Source: an uncultured Chitinophagales bacterium (lineage in GTDB: Bacteria; Bacteroidota; Bacteroidia; Chitinophagales; JADIYW01). Taken from it: a stretch of 64,000 nucleotides of DNA. Position numbers and translations under genes: made by a program. The notes beneath the pieces were generated by a model. That model saw only the letters and a program-made list of their open reading frames with translations. It searched no databases and had not been told where the DNA came from. The DNA is taken from contig CAZZEH010000009.1 in the NCBI GenBank assembly GCA_964653095.1, positions 39,266-103,265 on the forward strand. The letters run 5' to 3'. This document shows, piece after piece, positions 9,920 through 22,017 of the stretch (the stretch's first letter is position 1; the number at the start of each line of letters is the position of its first letter).

Positions 9920-10522
9920 TTATTCTTTTGTTTCTTCTGTGTCAGTCTCCGGTTCTGTCGGCTCGGGGGTTTGCTCTTCCGCATCTTCATTTTTTACAGA
10001 CTCGTCAGAAGTTTCAGCTGTAGCTTCGGCCACCACACTTTCTTCAGGAGTTTCTTTAGCTTTCACTGCTACTTCCTCTGTGCTTGATTCTGTTGCCTTT
10101 TTACCTCTACGTCTCGAACGTCTTGTCTTTTTCTTAGCTCCGTCGTCTGACTTGGTATATACCTCATTAAAATCCACAAGCTCTATATAAGCCATTTCTG
10201 CATTGTCTCCTTTTCTGAAGCCTGCTTTGATTATACGCACATACCCACCCGGTCTTTCTGCTACTGCCGGACCTACTACTTCAAAAAGCTCTTTATTTGC
10301 ACTTTTATTTTGAAGGTAGCTGAAAGTTACTCTTCTGTTGTTAGTCGTATTCTCCTTGCTTTTTGTAATTATCGGTTCCACATATTTTCTCAATTCTTTG
10401 GCTTTCGTAACTGTGGTCACGATTCTCTTATTAACCAATAGAGAGGATGCCATATTGGACAACATAGCATCTCTATGTCCCTTTTTGCGTCCTAAATTAT
10501 TTACTTTATCTCCGTGTCTCAT
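9920..10522 (-). CDS. rplQ: 50S ribosomal protein L17 with long acidic C-terminal extension
   Basis: [21 protein letters not shown]... L17 core (~125 aa) follows rpoA. About 75 extra residues are rich in E/T/K (…[19 protein letters not shown]). Confidence 0.95.
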   Translation of the reverse strand: MRHGDKVNNLGRKKGHRDAMLSNMASSLLVNKRIVTTVTKAKELRKYVEPIITKSKENTTNNRRVTFSYLQNKSANKELFEVVGPAVAERPGGYVRIIKAGFRKGDNAEMAYIELVDFNEVYTKSDDGAKKKTRRSRRRGKKATESSTEEVAVKAKETPEESVVAEATAETSDESVKNEDAEEQTPEPTEPETDTEETKE

Positions 10523-10540
10523 TGCTCAAGATTTACAGTA

Positions 10541-11536
10541 TTAATCGTCCAATTTAAATTTTGCGAGATCCATCCCGAAAGACAGTCCTTTTTCAGCAAT
10601 CAACTCTTCAATTTCCATTAATGACTTCCGCCCAAAGTTTCTAAACTTTAACAATTCATTTGTATCATACTGTACAAGTTCAGCAAGAGTATTGATTTTG
10701 GCTGCTTTCAGACAGTTATATGCTCTGACCGACAAATCCAAATCTTCAAGAGTGGTCTTAAGAATCTTACGCATGTGCAATACGTGTTCATCTACCACTT
10801 CCTCTTCTATAAAGTCATCCGTATCGAAACTGATATTTTCATCTGAAATCAACATCAGATGCTGTATCAAGATTCTTGCAGACTCTTTGATCGCATCTTC
10901 CGGATGAATAGTACCGTCCGTTACAATCTCTATGATTAGTTTTTCAAAGTCAGTCTTTTGCTCTACTCTGGTATTTTCAACGTCATAACGCACATTTTTT
11001 ATCGGCGTATAAATAGAATCCATAGGAATAAGACCTATAATAGATGTATCTACATTCTGCTCTTCGGCCGGCACATATCCGCGTCCTTTGCCCACAGTCA
11101 GTTCGATTTCGAGATGCACATTTTTTTCCATATTGCAGATCACTAAATCAGGGTTAGTTATTGTGTACAGATTTGTGTGATCTTCGATATTTCCTGCAGT
11201 GAACTGCTCCTGTCCTTTAATAGACAAGAATATTTTATCGTCACCTACTTCTTCGTCATTCATCACCCTTTTGAAACGCACCTGTTTCAGGTTTAAAACA
11301 ATCTCGGTAACATCTTCTATTACACCTTTTATAGTCGAAAATTCGTGTTCAATTCCTGCTATTTTTATAGAAGTAATCGCATACCCTTCCAGTGAAGAGA
11401 GCAAGACACGTCTTAGTGCATTCCCGACTGTGGTACCAAATCCGGGTTCTAATGGACTAAATTCAAAGGTTCCTTCAAAATCCGTAGCCTTTTGAAGTAA
11501 AATTTTATCAGGTTTTTGAAACGCTAATAATGCCAT
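10541..11536 (-). CDS. rpoA: DNA-directed RNA polymerase alpha subunit
   Basis: 331 aa with alpha N-terminal and C-terminal domains (…[22 protein letters not shown]…). Canonical position between rpsD and rplQ. Confidence 0.97.
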   Translation of the reverse strand: MALLAFQKPDKILLQKATDFEGTFEFSPLEPGFGTTVGNALRRVLLSSLEGYAITSIKIAGIEHEFSTIKGVIEDVTEIVLNLKQVRFKRVMNDEEVGDDKIFLSIKGQEQFTAGNIEDHTNLYTITNPDLVICNMEKNVHLEIELTVGKGRGYVPAEEQNVDTSIIGLIPMDSIYTPIKNVRYDVENTRVEQKTDFEKLIIEIVTDGTIHPEDAIKESARILIQHLMLISDENISFDTDDFIEEEVVDEHVLHMRKILKTTLEDLDLSVRAYNCLKAAKINTLAELVQYDTNELLKFRNFGRKSLMEIEELIAEKGLSFGMDLAKFKLDD

Positions 11537-11561
11537 GAAGGTATAGTTTTAAATTTAAAAA

Positions 11562-12167
11562 TTATTTTGAGTACAACTCCACAATCAGATGCTCCTGTAT
11601 ATTTTCAGGAATTAGTTCTCTTGGAGGGACTTCCAAATATCTCCCTTCCAGTTTGCCGGCATCAAATTCCAACCAGTTATATCTTTTTACATTTGAAGAA
11701 GTCACACTTTCCACAATCATTTCTATGGTTTTTGATTTCTCTCTGACTCCAACCACATCTCCGACTTTTAGAGAATATGAAGGGATGTTGACAATTCTTC
11801 CGTTTACAGTAATATGTTTATGAGAGACCAATTGTCTCGCCCCATTTCTGGTCGGTGCTATTCCCAGTCTGAATACGGTATTATCCAACCTCATTTCTAA
11901 GAGAGCCAATAATATTTCACCGGTAACTCCCTGTCTTCTGTTTGCCTCTTCAAAAGTTTTATAGAACTGCTTTTCAAGCATTCCATAAGTGTATTTTACC
12001 TTTTGCTTCTCTTTTAATTGCATTGCATATTCAGACTTGGAGCCTCTCCTCCGGTTTCCGTGTTGTCCGGGAGGATACTTACGCTTTTCATAGCTTTTGT
12101 CATATCCAAAAATCGGTTCTCCGAAAGCTCTAGCTTTTTTCGTACGTGGACCTCTGTATCTTGCCAT
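11562..12167 (-). CDS. rpsD: 30S ribosomal protein S4
   Basis: [19 protein letters not shown]..., S4 RNA-binding domain, operon position. Confidence 0.97.
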   Translation of the reverse strand: MARYRGPRTKKARAFGEPIFGYDKSYEKRKYPPGQHGNRRRGSKSEYAMQLKEKQKVKYTYGMLEKQFYKTFEEANRRQGVTGEILLALLEMRLDNTVFRLGIAPTRNGARQLVSHKHITVNGRIVNIPSYSLKVGDVVGVREKSKTIEMIVESVTSSNVKRYNWLEFDAGKLEGRYLEVPPRELIPENIQEHLIVELYSK

Positions 12168-12194
12168 TCTACTGTATTTATCTCTTTATTATGA

Positions 12195-12584
12195 TTATAC
12201 TCTTCGCTTTTTGGGAGGACGACATCCGTTGTGCGGTATAGGTGTCACATCTCTAATTATAGTCACTTCCAATCCGCTTGTTCCCAAAGTTCGGATAGCA
12301 GACTCTCTACCGGAGCCTGGTCCTTTCACATAAACTTCAACTTTCCTTAAGCCGGCATCATAAGCCGTCTTAGCAGCATCTGAAACAGATACCTGCGCGG
12401 CGTAAGGTGTACTCTTTTTGGAGCCTCTGAATCCATGTTTCCCCGAAGAAGACCATGAAATCACCTGTCCCTGCTTATTGGTCAGACTTACTATCAGATT
12501 ATTGAACGTAGATTTAATATATGCATATCCCTCTGCCTCTACTTTGACAGTTCGTTTTTTTACTGTTTTGTCTCTTTTAGCCAT
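12195..12584 (-). CDS. rpsK: 30S ribosomal protein S11
   Basis: 129 aa, …[14 protein letters not shown]… S11 signature, operon position. Confidence 0.97.
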   Translation of the reverse strand: MAKRDKTVKKRTVKVEAEGYAYIKSTFNNLIVSLTNKQGQVISWSSSGKHGFRGSKKSTPYAAQVSVSDAAKTAYDAGLRKVEVYVKGPGSGRESAIRTLGTSGLEVTIIRDVTPIPHNGCRPPKKRRV

Positions 12585-12607
12585 AACCTTTACTTAATTA
12601 TAAATGA

Positions 12608-12985
12608 TTATTTAGTTACTTTTTTCTTACCCGCAACAGTTTTTCGCTTACCCTTGCGCGTTCTTGCATTACATTTTGTTCTTTGCCCCCTTACCGGCAG
12701 GCCTTTTCTGTGGCGAATTCCTCTGTATGAGCCTATATCCATCAGACGTTTGATATTCATCTGAATTTCAGACCTCAACTGGCCTTCTACCTGATATTCT
12801 TTCGCTATCACAGCCCGTATTTCTGCTGCTTCTTCATCAGTCCAATCCTGTACTTTAGCCTCAGGATCTACTTTGGCTTTTTCTAAAATTTCTACCGCCA
12901 AAGTTCTTCCAATACCGTAAATATATGTCAGCGCAATATAGCCTCGCTTATTTTTCGGTAAATCTATTCCAGCAATTCTCGCCAT
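12608..12985 (-). CDS. rpsM: 30S ribosomal protein S13
   Basis: [14 protein letters not shown]… S13 N-terminus, operon position. Confidence 0.97.
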   Translation of the reverse strand: MARIAGIDLPKNKRGYIALTYIYGIGRTLAVEILEKAKVDPEAKVQDWTDEEAAEIRAVIAKEYQVEGQLRSEIQMNIKRLMDIGSYRGIRHRKGLPVRGQRTKCNARTRKGKRKTVAGKKKVTK

Positions 12986-12988
12986 ATC

Positions 12989-13105
12989 TTATCCTTGTCT
13001 TTGTTTAAACCTGGGATTCTTTTTATTAATCACGTAAAGTTTCCCTTTACGTTTTACTGTAATGCAGTCTGCACTCCTTTTTTTCACTGATGCTCTTACT
13101 TTCAT
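12989..13105 (-). CDS. rpmJ: 50S ribosomal protein L36 (Cys-poor, zinc-independent type)
   Basis: Hand-translated 38-codon ORF below the track cutoff: [38 protein letters not shown]. Lies exactly between infA and rpsM. Only one Cys, so not the CxxC...CxxxH form. Confidence 0.9.
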   Translation of the reverse strand: MKVRASVKKRSADCITVKRKGKLYVINKKNPRFKQRQG

Positions 13106-13119
13106 CGCTTCTGTCTGTC

Positions 13120-13338
13120 TTATTTATATCTAAAAGTTATTCTCCCTCTCGTTAAATCGTATGGCGAAAGCTCTACTGCTACCTTATCTCCCGGCAAAAT
13201 TCGGATATAATGCATCCGCATTTTTCCGGAGATGGTCGCAATTATAGTATGCCCGTTTTCCAACTGCACTCTAAACATTGCATTGGATAAGGCTTCCGTA
13301 ATCACTCCATCTAATTTTAATAATTCCTGTTTTGCCAT
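13120..13338 (-). CDS. infA: translation initiation factor IF-1
   Basis: [30 protein letters not shown]… (72 aa from the ATG at 13338). The track ORF starts 6 codons upstream. Confidence 0.95.
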   Translation of the reverse strand: MAKQELLKLDGVITEALSNAMFRVQLENGHTIIATISGKMRMHYIRILPGDKVAVELSPYDLTRGRITFRYK

Positions 13339-13368
13339 AATTCTAAGGGACTGCAAATATCTTATTTT

Positions 13369-14169
13369 TTATTGAAAATCAATAATATATTCGCTCTTTT
13401 TTATTTCATTAAATATTAACTCATGGTTACTTAAAACGTCCGGTCCTCCTTTGGTAACAGCTAATGTGTGTTCGAAATGTGCGGATGGTTTATTATCAGC
13501 CGTCACGATTGTCCATCCGTCCTTGAGTTGTTTCACTCTATGTGTACCCAAATTAATCATGGGCTCAATGGCAATGACCAAACCTTCTCTAAGTTTCAAT
13601 CCGTTCCCACGTTTACCGTAATTAGGCACTTCCGGTGACTCATGAAGATTTTGTCCGATACCGTGACCTATCAAATCTCTCACGACTCCGTAACCATTCA
13701 ATGTCTGTGTATGATGCTGCACCGCATAGCCAATATCACCAATCCTGTTTCCAATCACTGCCTGCTCGATTCCTTTCCACAAAGACTCTAAAGTTACTTT
13801 GAGCAACTTCAAATGAGAATTATCCGTCACACAAACAGGAAATGTAAATGCAGAATCTCCATAATATCCGTTTTTCTTTACTCCATGATCTATGGATAAT
13901 AAATCTCCCTCCCGTACTTCTCTGTCCGAAGGTATTCCGTGTACCACTTCCTCATTTACTGAAATACACAAAGAAGCCGGAAAACCATTATATCCTAAAA
14001 ATGCCGGTTCTGCTCCCTGATCTCTCACGTATTCTTCGGCAATATTGTCCAAATACTTAAGAGTAACTCCGGGTTTAATATACGGCACCAAGGCAGCATG
14101 CGTTTTGCTCACTATCAATGAGCTTTCTCGCATCAATTCTATTTCCTCGGTACTTTTATAATAAATCAT
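13369..14169 (-). CDS. map: type I methionine aminopeptidase
   Basis: 266 aa, pita-bread fold motifs (…DHGVKKNGYYGDSAFTF…, HGIGQNLHE, …IAIEPM…). Position after secY. Confidence 0.95.
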   Translation of the reverse strand: MIYYKSTEEIELMRESSLIVSKTHAALVPYIKPGVTLKYLDNIAEEYVRDQGAEPAFLGYNGFPASLCISVNEEVVHGIPSDREVREGDLLSIDHGVKKNGYYGDSAFTFPVCVTDNSHLKLLKVTLESLWKGIEQAVIGNRIGDIGYAVQHHTQTLNGYGVVRDLIGHGIGQNLHESPEVPNYGKRGNGLKLREGLVIAIEPMINLGTHRVKQLKDGWTIVTADNKPSAHFEHTLAVTKGGPDVLSNHELIFNEIKKSEYIIDFQ

Positions 14170-14174
14170 GTAGC

Positions 14175-15521
14175 TTATCTGTTTGCTCTGGATGAGGCAG
14201 ACCTGTATCTGTTTCTTGCACCAGCTTTAGTTAAGCCGTCATAATGGCGATTCAGCAAGTGACTTTCAACCTGCTGGACAGTATCTAACACTACAGCTAC
14301 CATAATCAGTAGTGAGGTTCCTCCAAAAAACATTGCAAACTGTGTGCTTACTCCTGCCATTGCCGCAAAAGTCGGCAGTATCGCAATAATTCCCAGAAAC
14401 ACAGCTCCAGGAAAAGTAATTTTTGAGGTAATTGAATCAATGAACTCGGTAGTTTCTGACCCGGGTTTAACTCCCGGAATAAAACCATTATTTCTCTTCA
14501 GATCTTCTGAAATCTGACTCGGATTTACAATTAATGCAGTATAAAAGTAAGTAAACAATACTACCAGTAAAAACATCAAAACAGTGTAAGGAGCCGAAGT
14601 GAAATCACTGAACTGCCTGATTAATTCACTTTCTTCCATACCGGGGAAAAACTGCAAAACAGTAGCCGGTATAAATAGAAATGCCTGGGCAAATATGATA
14701 GGCATTACACCTGCTATATTTACTTTTAAAGGTAAAAACTGTCTTTCGCCTCCTACCGGAGTGGTGCCCACAATCTTTTTAGCATAGGTTACAGGTACTT
14801 TTCTTACCGCCTGAATTAGTGCCACAGTGGAAGTAATAATCACTGCCAATGCCAAAAACTCTACAATAAGCATTAATAGTCCGGCTCCGGAACCCCCAGC
14901 AACTTTCATAGTCACTTCCTGATAAAGTGAGGCAGGAAGTGTAGCTATGATACCTGCCATAATCAATAGAGACATCCCGTTACCAATACCCGACTCATCA
15001 ATTTTTTCTCCGAGCCACATGATAAAAATAGTTCCGCCGGTAAGGATTATTGTGGTGGAAACCATAAACAATGTAGGGGAAATCAATATACTGTTTCCGG
15101 TTAAAAACTGCAGGTACTGTACATAAGCTGAAGACTGCACCAAAGTTACAAACACCGTACCGTACCGGGTAATTTGCGTAATTTTCTTCCGTCCGCTTTC
15201 ACCTTCTTTCTGTAGTTTTTGAAAATAAGGTACCGCTATAGTCATCAATTGCATTACAATGGATGCGGAGATATATGGCATAATACCGAGCGCAAATACA
15301 GAGGCTCTGCTAAAAGCACCTCCTGCGAACATGTTGAAGATTCCAAAGATACCTTCTGTACCGGACTCCGCCAATTGTGATAATTGTCTGGGGTCAATAC
15401 CGGGAAGAGTTACGAACGTACCTAATCTATAAATGAAAAGCAATCCGAGTGTAAATAGGATTTTGCTTCTCAGTTCTTCAATGCCCCAAATATTCTTGAG
15501 CGTCTCGATAAAACCTTTCAT
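14175..15521 (-). CDS. secY: preprotein translocase subunit SecY
   Basis: 448 aa, 10 hydrophobic helices, N-terminus …LRSKILFTLGLLFIYRLGTFVTLPGID. Position between rplO and map. Confidence 0.97.
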   Translation of the reverse strand: MKGFIETLKNIWGIEELRSKILFTLGLLFIYRLGTFVTLPGIDPRQLSQLAESGTEGIFGIFNMFAGGAFSRASVFALGIMPYISASIVMQLMTIAVPYFQKLQKEGESGRKKITQITRYGTVFVTLVQSSAYVQYLQFLTGNSILISPTLFMVSTTIILTGGTIFIMWLGEKIDESGIGNGMSLLIMAGIIATLPASLYQEVTMKVAGGSGAGLLMLIVEFLALAVIITSTVALIQAVRKVPVTYAKKIVGTTPVGGERQFLPLKVNIAGVMPIIFAQAFLFIPATVLQFFPGMEESELIRQFSDFTSAPYTVLMFLLVVLFTYFYTALIVNPSQISEDLKRNNGFIPGVKPGSETTEFIDSITSKITFPGAVFLGIIAILPTFAAMAGVSTQFAMFFGGTSLLIMVAVVLDTVQQVESHLLNRHYDGLTKAGARNRYRSASSRANR

Positions 15522-15525
15522 AGTA

Positions 15526-15972
15526 TTATATCACCGTAGTTTTTCCGCCTTTTGCTTCAATTTCAGATTTTGCTTTCTCGCTAAAAGCATGTGCTTCGAT
15601 TGTAATCGCACCTTCCAGTCCACCTACCCCCAATACTTTCAGCTTTTCGCTTTTTGAAATTATTCTCAGGCCTCTTAGAACCTCAAAGCTAAAATCAGTA
15701 ATATTATTTTTGTCGGCCAGCTTTTGAAGCTGTGCAAGATTAATCACAGTATATACCGTCCCGTTCGGGTTGTTGAATCCTCTTTTCGGAACTCTTCTCT
15801 GAAGTGGCATTTGTCCGCCTTCATGTCCGCGCTTAGTCTTATATCCTGATCTGGACTTTGCTCCTTTATGACCTCTTCCTGAAGTTCCTCCGTAACCGGA
15901 TCCCTGTCCTCTTCCTACTCTTTTTCGGTTTTTTACAGAACCTTTTGCAGGTTTTAAATTACTTAAGTCCAT
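15526..15972 (-). CDS. rplO: 50S ribosomal protein L15
   Basis: …[18 protein letters not shown]… L15 glycine-rich signature. Confidence 0.96.
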   Translation of the reverse strand: MDLSNLKPAKGSVKNRKRVGRGQGSGYGGTSGRGHKGAKSRSGYKTKRGHEGGQMPLQRRVPKRGFNNPNGTVYTVINLAQLQKLADKNNITDFSFEVLRGLRIISKSEKLKVLGVGGLEGAITIEAHAFSEKAKSEIEAKGGKTTVI

Positions 15973-15975
15973 GTT

Positions 15976-16155
15976 CTATATTTCTTGTACAGTTATTAAA
16001 TGTTTCACTTTTGCGACCATGCCCATAATTTGTGGGTTGACTTCATGCTCAGCAGTGCTGTTAATTTTTGTAAGACCTAAAGCTTTTAAGGTGTCTTTTT
16101 GCTTTTGAGTTCTCTTGATGGTACTCTTAACTTGTGTTATTTTAATTTTTGACAT
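15976..16155 (-). CDS. rpmD: 50S ribosomal protein L30
   Basis: MSKIKITQVKSTIKRTQKQKDTLKALGL…; start taken at the ATG at 16155, just after the rpsE stop. Confidence 0.92.
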   Translation of the reverse strand: MSKIKITQVKSTIKRTQKQKDTLKALGLTKINSTAEHEVNPQIMGMVAKVKHLITVQEI

Positions 16156-16159
16156 AAGA

Positions 16160-16678
16160 TTAACCATTAAAGACTTTATCTAATTTTTTACCTCTATCCT
16201 TGGCTACCTGAGCCGGTTCTCTCAATTCCGACAAAGCGAGAAAAGTAGCTTTCACCACGTTGTGCGGATTGTTAGAACCCAGTGATTTTGCAAGTACGTC
16301 ATTGATTCCCGCACTTTCCAGTACGTGTCTCATTGTTCCTCCTGCAATCACACCGGTACCTTCAGAAGCCGGTTTGATTAAAACTCTGGCACCGTCCAAT
16401 CTCACCATTTGGTCGTGCGGTATTGTACCTTTAAACACCGGGACTTTGATAAGATTTTTTCTTGCTTCTTCAATGCCTTTAGCAATAGCTCCCTGTACTT
16501 CACGTGCTTTTCCCAGACCGTGTCCAATGGTTCCGTTACCGTCTCCCACGACCACTAATGCTGAGAAGCTAAAAGTACGACCGCCTTTGGTCACTTTTGC
16601 AACACGCTGAATACTTACCACTCTTTCCTTCAATTCGGAATCGGTAACTCTTATTCTATTTTCTTTGCTGTTTGCCAT
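16160..16678 (-). CDS. rpsE: 30S ribosomal protein S5
   Basis: …[25 protein letters not shown]… S5 signature. Confidence 0.97.
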   Translation of the reverse strand: MANSKENRIRVTDSELKERVVSIQRVAKVTKGGRTFSFSALVVVGDGNGTIGHGLGKAREVQGAIAKGIEEARKNLIKVPVFKGTIPHDQMVRLDGARVLIKPASEGTGVIAGGTMRHVLESAGINDVLAKSLGSNNPHNVVKATFLALSELREPAQVAKDRGKKLDKVFNG

Positions 16679-16699
16679 TTATATTTTTTATACAGAATT

Positions 16700-17050
16700 T
16701 TAAAATTTCAATCCGTTCTCTCTTGCACTGTCTGCCAATGCTTTAACTCTTCCGTGATAAAGGTATCCGCCGCGATCAAATACTACTGTACTGATACCTG
16801 CTTCCACAGCTGCTTTTGCGAGTGCCGCTCCCACTTCTGCTGCAATTTCTGTCTTGGTTTTACCTTCTTTATTCAATTTGAGTGATGAAGCTGCCAATAA
16901 AACTACTTCTTTATCATCATCCACTAACTGTGCATAGATTTCTTTATTACTCCTAAATACACTCAGGCGAGGAGATTCAGACGAACCATTAATGGTTTTT
17001 CTGATGCGCATTTTTATCTTTTTTCTTCTAATATTTTTCACCTTAGACAT
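16700..17050 (-). CDS. rplR: 50S ribosomal protein L18
   Basis: …[16 protein letters not shown]… L18 signature, operon position. Confidence 0.96.
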   Translation of the reverse strand: MSKVKNIRRKKIKMRIRKTINGSSESPRLSVFRSNKEIYAQLVDDDKEVVLLAASSLKLNKEGKTKTEIAAEVGAALAKAAVEAGISTVVFDRGGYLYHGRVKALADSARENGLKF

Positions 17051-17061
17051 ATCTGTATTTT

Positions 17062-17622
17062 TTATTTTTTACCTCCTGCTGCTTTACCTGCTTTTCTTCT
17101 GACTTCTTCATCTATATATCGAATCCCTTTACCTTTATACGGTTCCGGTTTTCTTAGAGAACGTATTTTTGCCGCTACCTGAGTGACCAATTGCTTATCC
17201 GCAGATTCCAATTTTACTCTTGGCGGCTTACCTTTTACTGTTTCTGTCGTCACAGTAATTTCTTTAGGAAGTACCATAAATATTGGGTGGGAAAATCCTA
17301 TCGCCAATTCTAAAATATTCCCTGTATTTGTTGCTCTGTACCCGACCCCTATTACATCAAGCTCTTTTACAAAACCGGTATTCGTTCCGATTACCATATT
17401 GTTTATTAATGCTCTGTATAGTCCGTGCAGTGCTTTGTGCCGTTTCTGATCAGTCGGTCTTATAACTGTTAAAGTTCCGTCTTCAAGCGTTACTGTAAAA
17501 TCTCTGTCGAGCTTTTGTGACAAAGTTCCTTTAGGACCTTTTACGGTAACTATGTTGTTTTGAGCAATATCTACTGATACGCCTGAGGGAACATTAATTG
17601 GGGAATTACCAATACGTGACAT
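17062..17622 (-). CDS. rplF: 50S ribosomal protein L6
   Basis: [15 protein letters not shown]… from the ATG at 17622. The track ORF extends 9 codons upstream into rpsH. Confidence 0.95.
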   Translation of the reverse strand: MSRIGNSPINVPSGVSVDIAQNNIVTVKGPKGTLSQKLDRDFTVTLEDGTLTVIRPTDQKRHKALHGLYRALINNMVIGTNTGFVKELDVIGVGYRATNTGNILELAIGFSHPIFMVLPKEITVTTETVKGKPPRVKLESADKQLVTQVAAKIRSLRKPEPYKGKGIRYIDEEVRRKAGKAAGGKK

Positions 17623-17633
17623 TGTTTTTCTTT

Positions 17634-18032
17634 TTAATAAATGTAACAAATGATTTCACCACCAACATTGAGTTCGCGGGCTTTTTTATCTGTAATAACA
17701 CCCTTTGATGTGGACAGAATAGCGACTCCCAATCCATTTTTAATACGGGGGATTCCACCGACATGGGTATATTTTCTCAGTCCGGGTTTGGATATTCTTA
17801 CGAGTTCTCTTATTACCGGTCTTTTTGTGACAGCATCATATTTCAACGCTATTTTAATTGTTCCCTGCGGGCCTTCGTCATCAAATTTGTATTGAAGGAT
17901 ATATCCCTGATCATATAGAATTTCCGTCATCTTCTTTTTCATGTTTGAAGCCGGAATATCTACCACTGTGTGTCCCGCCATCTGAGCGTTGCGGATACGT
18001 GTCAAGTAATCTGCTATTGGATCTGTAACCAT
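17634..18032 (-). CDS. rpsH: 30S ribosomal protein S8
   Basis: [16 protein letters not shown]… S8 N-terminus. Confidence 0.97.
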   Translation of the reverse strand: MVTDPIADYLTRIRNAQMAGHTVVDIPASNMKKKMTEILYDQGYILQYKFDDEGPQGTIKIALKYDAVTKRPVIRELVRISKPGLRKYTHVGGIPRIKNGLGVAILSTSKGVITDKKARELNVGGEIICYIY

Positions 18033-18069
18033 CTCCTGTTTATAATTTCTACGTTTACAATCTTTCTTT

Positions 18070-18339
18070 TTACCAACTGGCTTTTGTTACTCCCGGAATT
18101 TTACCTTCCAAAGCCAAATCTCTGAACTGTATTCTAGAGATTCCAAAATATCTTATATAAGCACGGGGTCTTCCTGTTAATTTACACCTGTTTCTCATTC
18201 TTATCTTATTTGAGTTTTTAGGTAGTGCATCCAACTTATCCCACTCCCCCTCTGCTTTGTATTTCGCACGTTTTTCGGCATATTTAGCCACTAACCTGGC
18301 TCTTTTTACCTCACGTGCTTTCATTGATTCTTTTGCCAT
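18070..18339 (-). CDS. rpsN: 30S ribosomal protein S14 (long form)
   Basis: 89 aa, …[21 protein letters not shown]…KASW. Confidence 0.95.
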   Translation of the reverse strand: MAKESMKAREVKRARLVAKYAEKRAKYKAEGEWDKLDALPKNSNKIRMRNRCKLTGRPRAYIRYFGISRIQFRDLALEGKIPGVTKASW

Positions 18340-18348
18340 ATCTTTATT

Positions 18349-18903
18349 TTAATGTTTCTTTTTAAAGGGCATTCCCAATGCTGCCAACAGGCTGTATGCT
18401 TCCTCATCTGTATTGGCGCTGGTGACAATAGTAATATCCATCCCTGTAATTCTCTTGATTTTGTCTATGTCAATCTCCGGAAAAATAATGTGCTCGGAAA
18501 TACCCAGGGAGTAATTACCTCTTCCGTCAAAAGACTTGTCACTCAATCCCTTGAAATCCCTCACTGCCGGTAAAGCAATTGTTACAAGTCTATCAAAGAA
18601 ATCGTACATTTTATCTCCTCTGAGAGTTACTTTGACTCCAATCGGCATATTGTCTCTCAGCTTAAAGTTTGATACGGATTTTTTTGACACGGTAGGTACA
18701 GCTCTTTGTCCTACGATACGGGATATTTCATCAACACCTGCATCTATCAGTTTTTTGTCCGCAACTGCACTTCCAATTCCCTGATTTACTACAATTTTTA
18801 ATAGTTTAGGAACTTGCATAACGGATTTATACTGATACTTCTGCATCAAATCCGGAGAAACTTCTTCTCTATATTTTTTCTTAATTCTCGGTACGTAGCT
18901 CAT
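18349..18903 (-). CDS. rplE: 50S ribosomal protein L5
   Basis: 184 aa, position between rplX and rpsN, L5-like sequence throughout. Confidence 0.95.
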   Translation of the reverse strand: MSYVPRIKKKYREEVSPDLMQKYQYKSVMQVPKLLKIVVNQGIGSAVADKKLIDAGVDEISRIVGQRAVPTVSKKSVSNFKLRDNMPIGVKVTLRGDKMYDFFDRLVTIALPAVRDFKGLSDKSFDGRGNYSLGISEHIIFPEIDIDKIKRITGMDITIVTSANTDEEAYSLLAALGMPFKKKH

Positions 18904-19247
18904 TAGTCTATAACCTCTTGTGTTTTCTTTGAATATCTTACAATTTTTCCATCCACCACTTTCCTTCCTATTCTTGTCGGCTGCCCGCCTATGACTACCT
19001 GCAGTTTAGAAATGTGGATTGGAGCCTCAGTTTTTATGATTCCTCCGTTTGGATACTTTGTAGAAGGCTTAGTATGCTTGGATACGACATTGATTTCTTC
19101 CACTATCGCCTTGTTTTTGGTCGGGAATACTGCCAACACCTCACCTGTTTTACCTTTATCCTCTCCGGACAATACTTTTACGGTATCTCCGGTTCTCAGC
19201 TTCAGCTTAGGCTGAAATCTCTTTTGTTGTTGTACTCGTTTTGCCAT
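18903..19247 (-). CDS. rplX: 50S ribosomal protein L24
   Basis: KOW motif [27 protein letters not shown] stop/start overlap with rplE. Confidence 0.95.
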   Translation of the reverse strand: MAKRVQQQKRFQPKLKLRTGDTVKVLSGEDKGKTGEVLAVFPTKNKAIVEEINVVSKHTKPSTKYPNGGIIKTEAPIHISKLQVVIGGQPTRIGRKVVDGKIVRYSKKTQEVID

Positions 19248-19248
19248 T

Positions 19249-19617
19249 TTATATTACTTCTGGTGCAAGTGAAACAATTTTCATATATTCTTTTTCGCGC
19301 AACTCTCTTGCTACAGGACCAAATATCCTGGAACCTCTTGGTTCATCATTATTATTGAGCAATACGACCGCATTATCATCAAAACGAATGTAAGAGCCGT
19401 CTTTTCTGCGTACTTCTTTTTTGGTACGTACTACTACAGCCTTAGATACTTGTTTCTTTTTGACGTTACCGCCGGGAGCTGCTACTTTTACAGATACAAC
19501 TATCTTATCTCCTATAGAAGCATATCTTCTTCCTGTACCTCCGAGTACACGTATGCAAAGCACTTCTTTTGCACCGCTGTTGTCTGCAACCTTTAGTTTG
19601 GATTCCTGCTGTATCAT
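19249..19617 (-). CDS. rplN: 50S ribosomal protein L14
   Basis: [19 protein letters not shown]…. Confidence 0.97.
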   Translation of the reverse strand: MIQQESKLKVADNSGAKEVLCIRVLGGTGRRYASIGDKIVVSVKVAAPGGNVKKKQVSKAVVVRTKKEVRRKDGSYIRFDDNAVVLLNNNDEPRGSRIFGPVARELREKEYMKIVSLAPEVI

Positions 19618-19618
19618 T

Positions 19619-19882
19619 TTATTTTGCTTTCTCTAAAATTTCAACCATTCTCCATCTCTTAGTTTTGCTAAGAGGTCGAGTTTCCATTATTTTCACAACG
19701 TCTCCAATCTGAGCTTCATTGTTTTCATCATGTGCATGGAATTTTTTGGATTTCATCACATACTTTCCATACTTTGGATGCTTCAGCCTTCTCACGACGG
19801 TCACAGTAATTGTTTTTTCCATTTTATTGCTGGAAACGACACCTGTTCTTGTTTTACGCTGTCTTCTTATTACCTCGCTCAT
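19619..19882 (-). CDS. rpsQ: 30S ribosomal protein S17
   Basis: …[19 protein letters not shown]…. Confidence 0.96.
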   Translation of the reverse strand: MSEVIRRQRKTRTGVVSSNKMEKTITVTVVRRLKHPKYGKYVMKSKKFHAHDENNEAQIGDVVKIMETRPLSKTKRWRMVEILEKAK

Positions 19883-19893
19883 TCTAATTTATT

Positions 19894-20103
19894 TTAGGCC
19901 TTATTACTTAATTCACGTTTTCTTTGCTCTGTCTTCAGTCTTGCTATATGCTTTCTGACTTCTCCCAAGACATTTGGATTTTCAAGTGGTGACACTGCAT
20001 GACCAAAGCTCAATCGCTTTAATTTGGTTTTACTGTCAGTCAAATCCTGTTTGAGTTCCTCATCGCTGAGGTTTCTCACTTCGTCGTATTTTTTATTTGC
20101 CAT
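19894..20103 (-). CDS. rpmC: 50S ribosomal protein L29
   Basis: 69 aa, helical L29-like (…LSDEELKQDL…LKRLSFGHAV…), between rplP and rpsQ. Confidence 0.92.
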   Translation of the reverse strand: MANKKYDEVRNLSDEELKQDLTDSKTKLKRLSFGHAVSPLENPNVLGEVRKHIARLKTEQRKRELSNKA

Positions 20104-20117
20104 TTTTACAGTTTTTC

Positions 20118-20537
20118 TTATTCGGTGTAATCTCTTCTAACGACAATTTTTGTTTTGATAGGCAATTTTTGTGCAGCTAATCTCAACGACTCTTGTGCCA
20201 GTTTTAACGGAACTCCTTCTGTCTCAAAAAGTATTCTTCCGGGTTTTACGACTGCTGCCCAGTGGTCCAAGCCACCTTTTCCCTTACCCATTCTCACTTC
20301 CAAAGGTTTTTTGGTAATAGGTTTATCCGGGAAAATATTAATCCACACCCTTCCCTCTCTTTTCATCGCTCTGGTCACTGCAATACGGGCTGCTTCAATC
20401 TGTCTGTTCGTAATTCTTCCTCCTTCGAGGGCTTTTAGGCCAAATGAACCGAAAGACAACTGATTCCCTCTGTTAGCGAGTCCTTTGCTGGTACCTTTTT
20501 GTACTTTTCTATATTTAACACGTTTCGGCTGTAACAT
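20118..20537 (-). CDS. rplP: 50S ribosomal protein L16
   Basis: [15 protein letters not shown]…. Confidence 0.97.
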   Translation of the reverse strand: MLQPKRVKYRKVQKGTSKGLANRGNQLSFGSFGLKALEGGRITNRQIEAARIAVTRAMKREGRVWINIFPDKPITKKPLEVRMGKGKGGLDHWAAVVKPGRILFETEGVPLKLAQESLRLAAQKLPIKTKIVVRRDYTE

Positions 20538-20559
20538 AAAATTCAGATTAATCTATTAA

Positions 20560-21276
20560 TTATTTTCTATCTCTCCCACCTCTTCTTGCACGCTCCGGCT
20601 TGCGGCCTTTACGCTTAGTATCACCTCCTGTATCCGGAGACAAATCTCTTTTTGTGAATACTTCTCCTTTACAAACCCAGACTTTTATACCAATGATACC
20701 ATAAATAGTATTGGCTTCTTTTATGGCATAATCAATATCTGCTCTAAAAGTATGAAGAGGAGTTCTTCCTTCTTTGTACTCTTCGGATCGTGCCATTTCA
20801 GTACCGCCTAACCTGCCTGAGGCTTTGATCTTAATTCCCTCTACTCCCAATCTCATTGCGGATGCAATTGCCATTTTAATTGCTCTGCGGAAATGTACTC
20901 TCGCTTCCAATTGTTTTGCAATTGCTTCTCCTATTATAGCAGCATCTGCTTCGGGTCTTCTAATCTCAACGATATTAATCTGTACATCCTTCTGAGTGAT
21001 TTTTTTAATCTCCTGTCTCACCAATTCAACTTCAGCACCTTTTTTACCGATTATGATTCCGGGTCTTGAGGTATGAATGGAAATGGTAATTCTGTTGAGC
21101 GTCCTTTCAATTACAATCTTGGATATCCCTCCCTTTGCAAATCGGGCATTGAGATACTTTCTAATGTTCTGGTCTTCGATTAACTTTTCTGAAAAATCTT
21201 TTCCACCGTACCAATTAGAATCCCAACCTCTGATGATTCCAAGTCTATTTCCTATCGGGTTTGCTTTTTGTCCCAT
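20560..21276 (-). CDS. rpsC: 30S ribosomal protein S3
   Basis: [23 protein letters not shown]… from the ATG at 21276. The track ORF starts 14 codons upstream, overlapping rplV. Confidence 0.96.
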   Translation of the reverse strand: MGQKANPIGNRLGIIRGWDSNWYGGKDFSEKLIEDQNIRKYLNARFAKGGISKIVIERTLNRITISIHTSRPGIIIGKKGAEVELVRQEIKKITQKDVQINIVEIRRPEADAAIIGEAIAKQLEARVHFRRAIKMAIASAMRLGVEGIKIKASGRLGGTEMARSEEYKEGRTPLHTFRADIDYAIKEANTIYGIIGIKVWVCKGEVFTKRDLSPDTGGDTKRKGRKPERARRGGRDRK

Positions 21277-21289
21277 GCTTTTTCCTAAT

Positions 21290-21733
21290 TTATTCTGAGT
21301 CTGAATTCTCGTTAACAATATCTTCGCTTATCTCATTTGCTCCAATTCTGCTTGCAAGCTCTAAGTTGACATGGCATGAGCGTTTGCGAATTCTATATGC
21401 CCGACCCATTGGTGCCGGTCTGAATCTTTTCAGAGTTCTTCCGACATCTACCGTAATTGATTTAATATATAACTCACTTTCTTCAGGACTCTGCTCAAAC
21501 TTTTGCTCCCAATTATTGATAGCTGACTTCAAAAGTTTCAGCAAGTCTTCTGCCGTTTCTCTTCGTGTATAAGTCAGTACATTGATTGCTTTATCCACAT
21601 CCAAGCCTCTTATCGTATCTGCTACCAATCTCATTTTTCTTGGAGAAGTAGGACGATTTCTCAAACTTGCTGTACAAACATTTCGTTTAGCTTTTTTTCG
21701 CCTGTTTGCTGCTATTCTTTTTCTTGATCCCAT
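21290..21733 (-). CDS. rplV: 50S ribosomal protein L22
   Basis: …[15 protein letters not shown]… L22 signature. Confidence 0.95.
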   Translation of the reverse strand: MGSRKRIAANRRKKAKRNVCTASLRNRPTSPRKMRLVADTIRGLDVDKAINVLTYTRRETAEDLLKLLKSAINNWEQKFEQSPEESELYIKSITVDVGRTLKRFRPAPMGRAYRIRKRSCHVNLELASRIGANEISEDIVNENSDSE

Positions 21734-21741
21734 CGCTTGCC

Positions 21742-22008
21742 TTATTTCCTATTTCCTGAATGTGCTCTAAAAGTTCTTGTTGGTGAAAATTCTCCCAACT
21801 TATGTCCTACCATCATTTCAGTGATATATACCGGAATGAATGTTTTACCATTGTGTACTGCAATAGTATGTCCTACAAAGTCCGGAGTTATCATAGATGA
21901 TCTGGACCAGGTTTTAATCACGGTACGCTTTGTACCTTCATTCATTTTATCAATCTTCTTTTGAAGATGGTGGGCTACATAAGGCCCTTTTCTTAATGAT
22001 CTAGCCAT
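21742..22008 (-). CDS. rpsS: 30S ribosomal protein S19
   Basis: [15 protein letters not shown]…. Confidence 0.97.
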   Translation of the reverse strand: MARSLRKGPYVAHHLQKKIDKMNEGTKRTVIKTWSRSSMITPDFVGHTIAVHNGKTFIPVYITEMMVGHKLGEFSPTRTFRAHSGNRK

Positions 22009-22017
22009 AAGTTTCCC

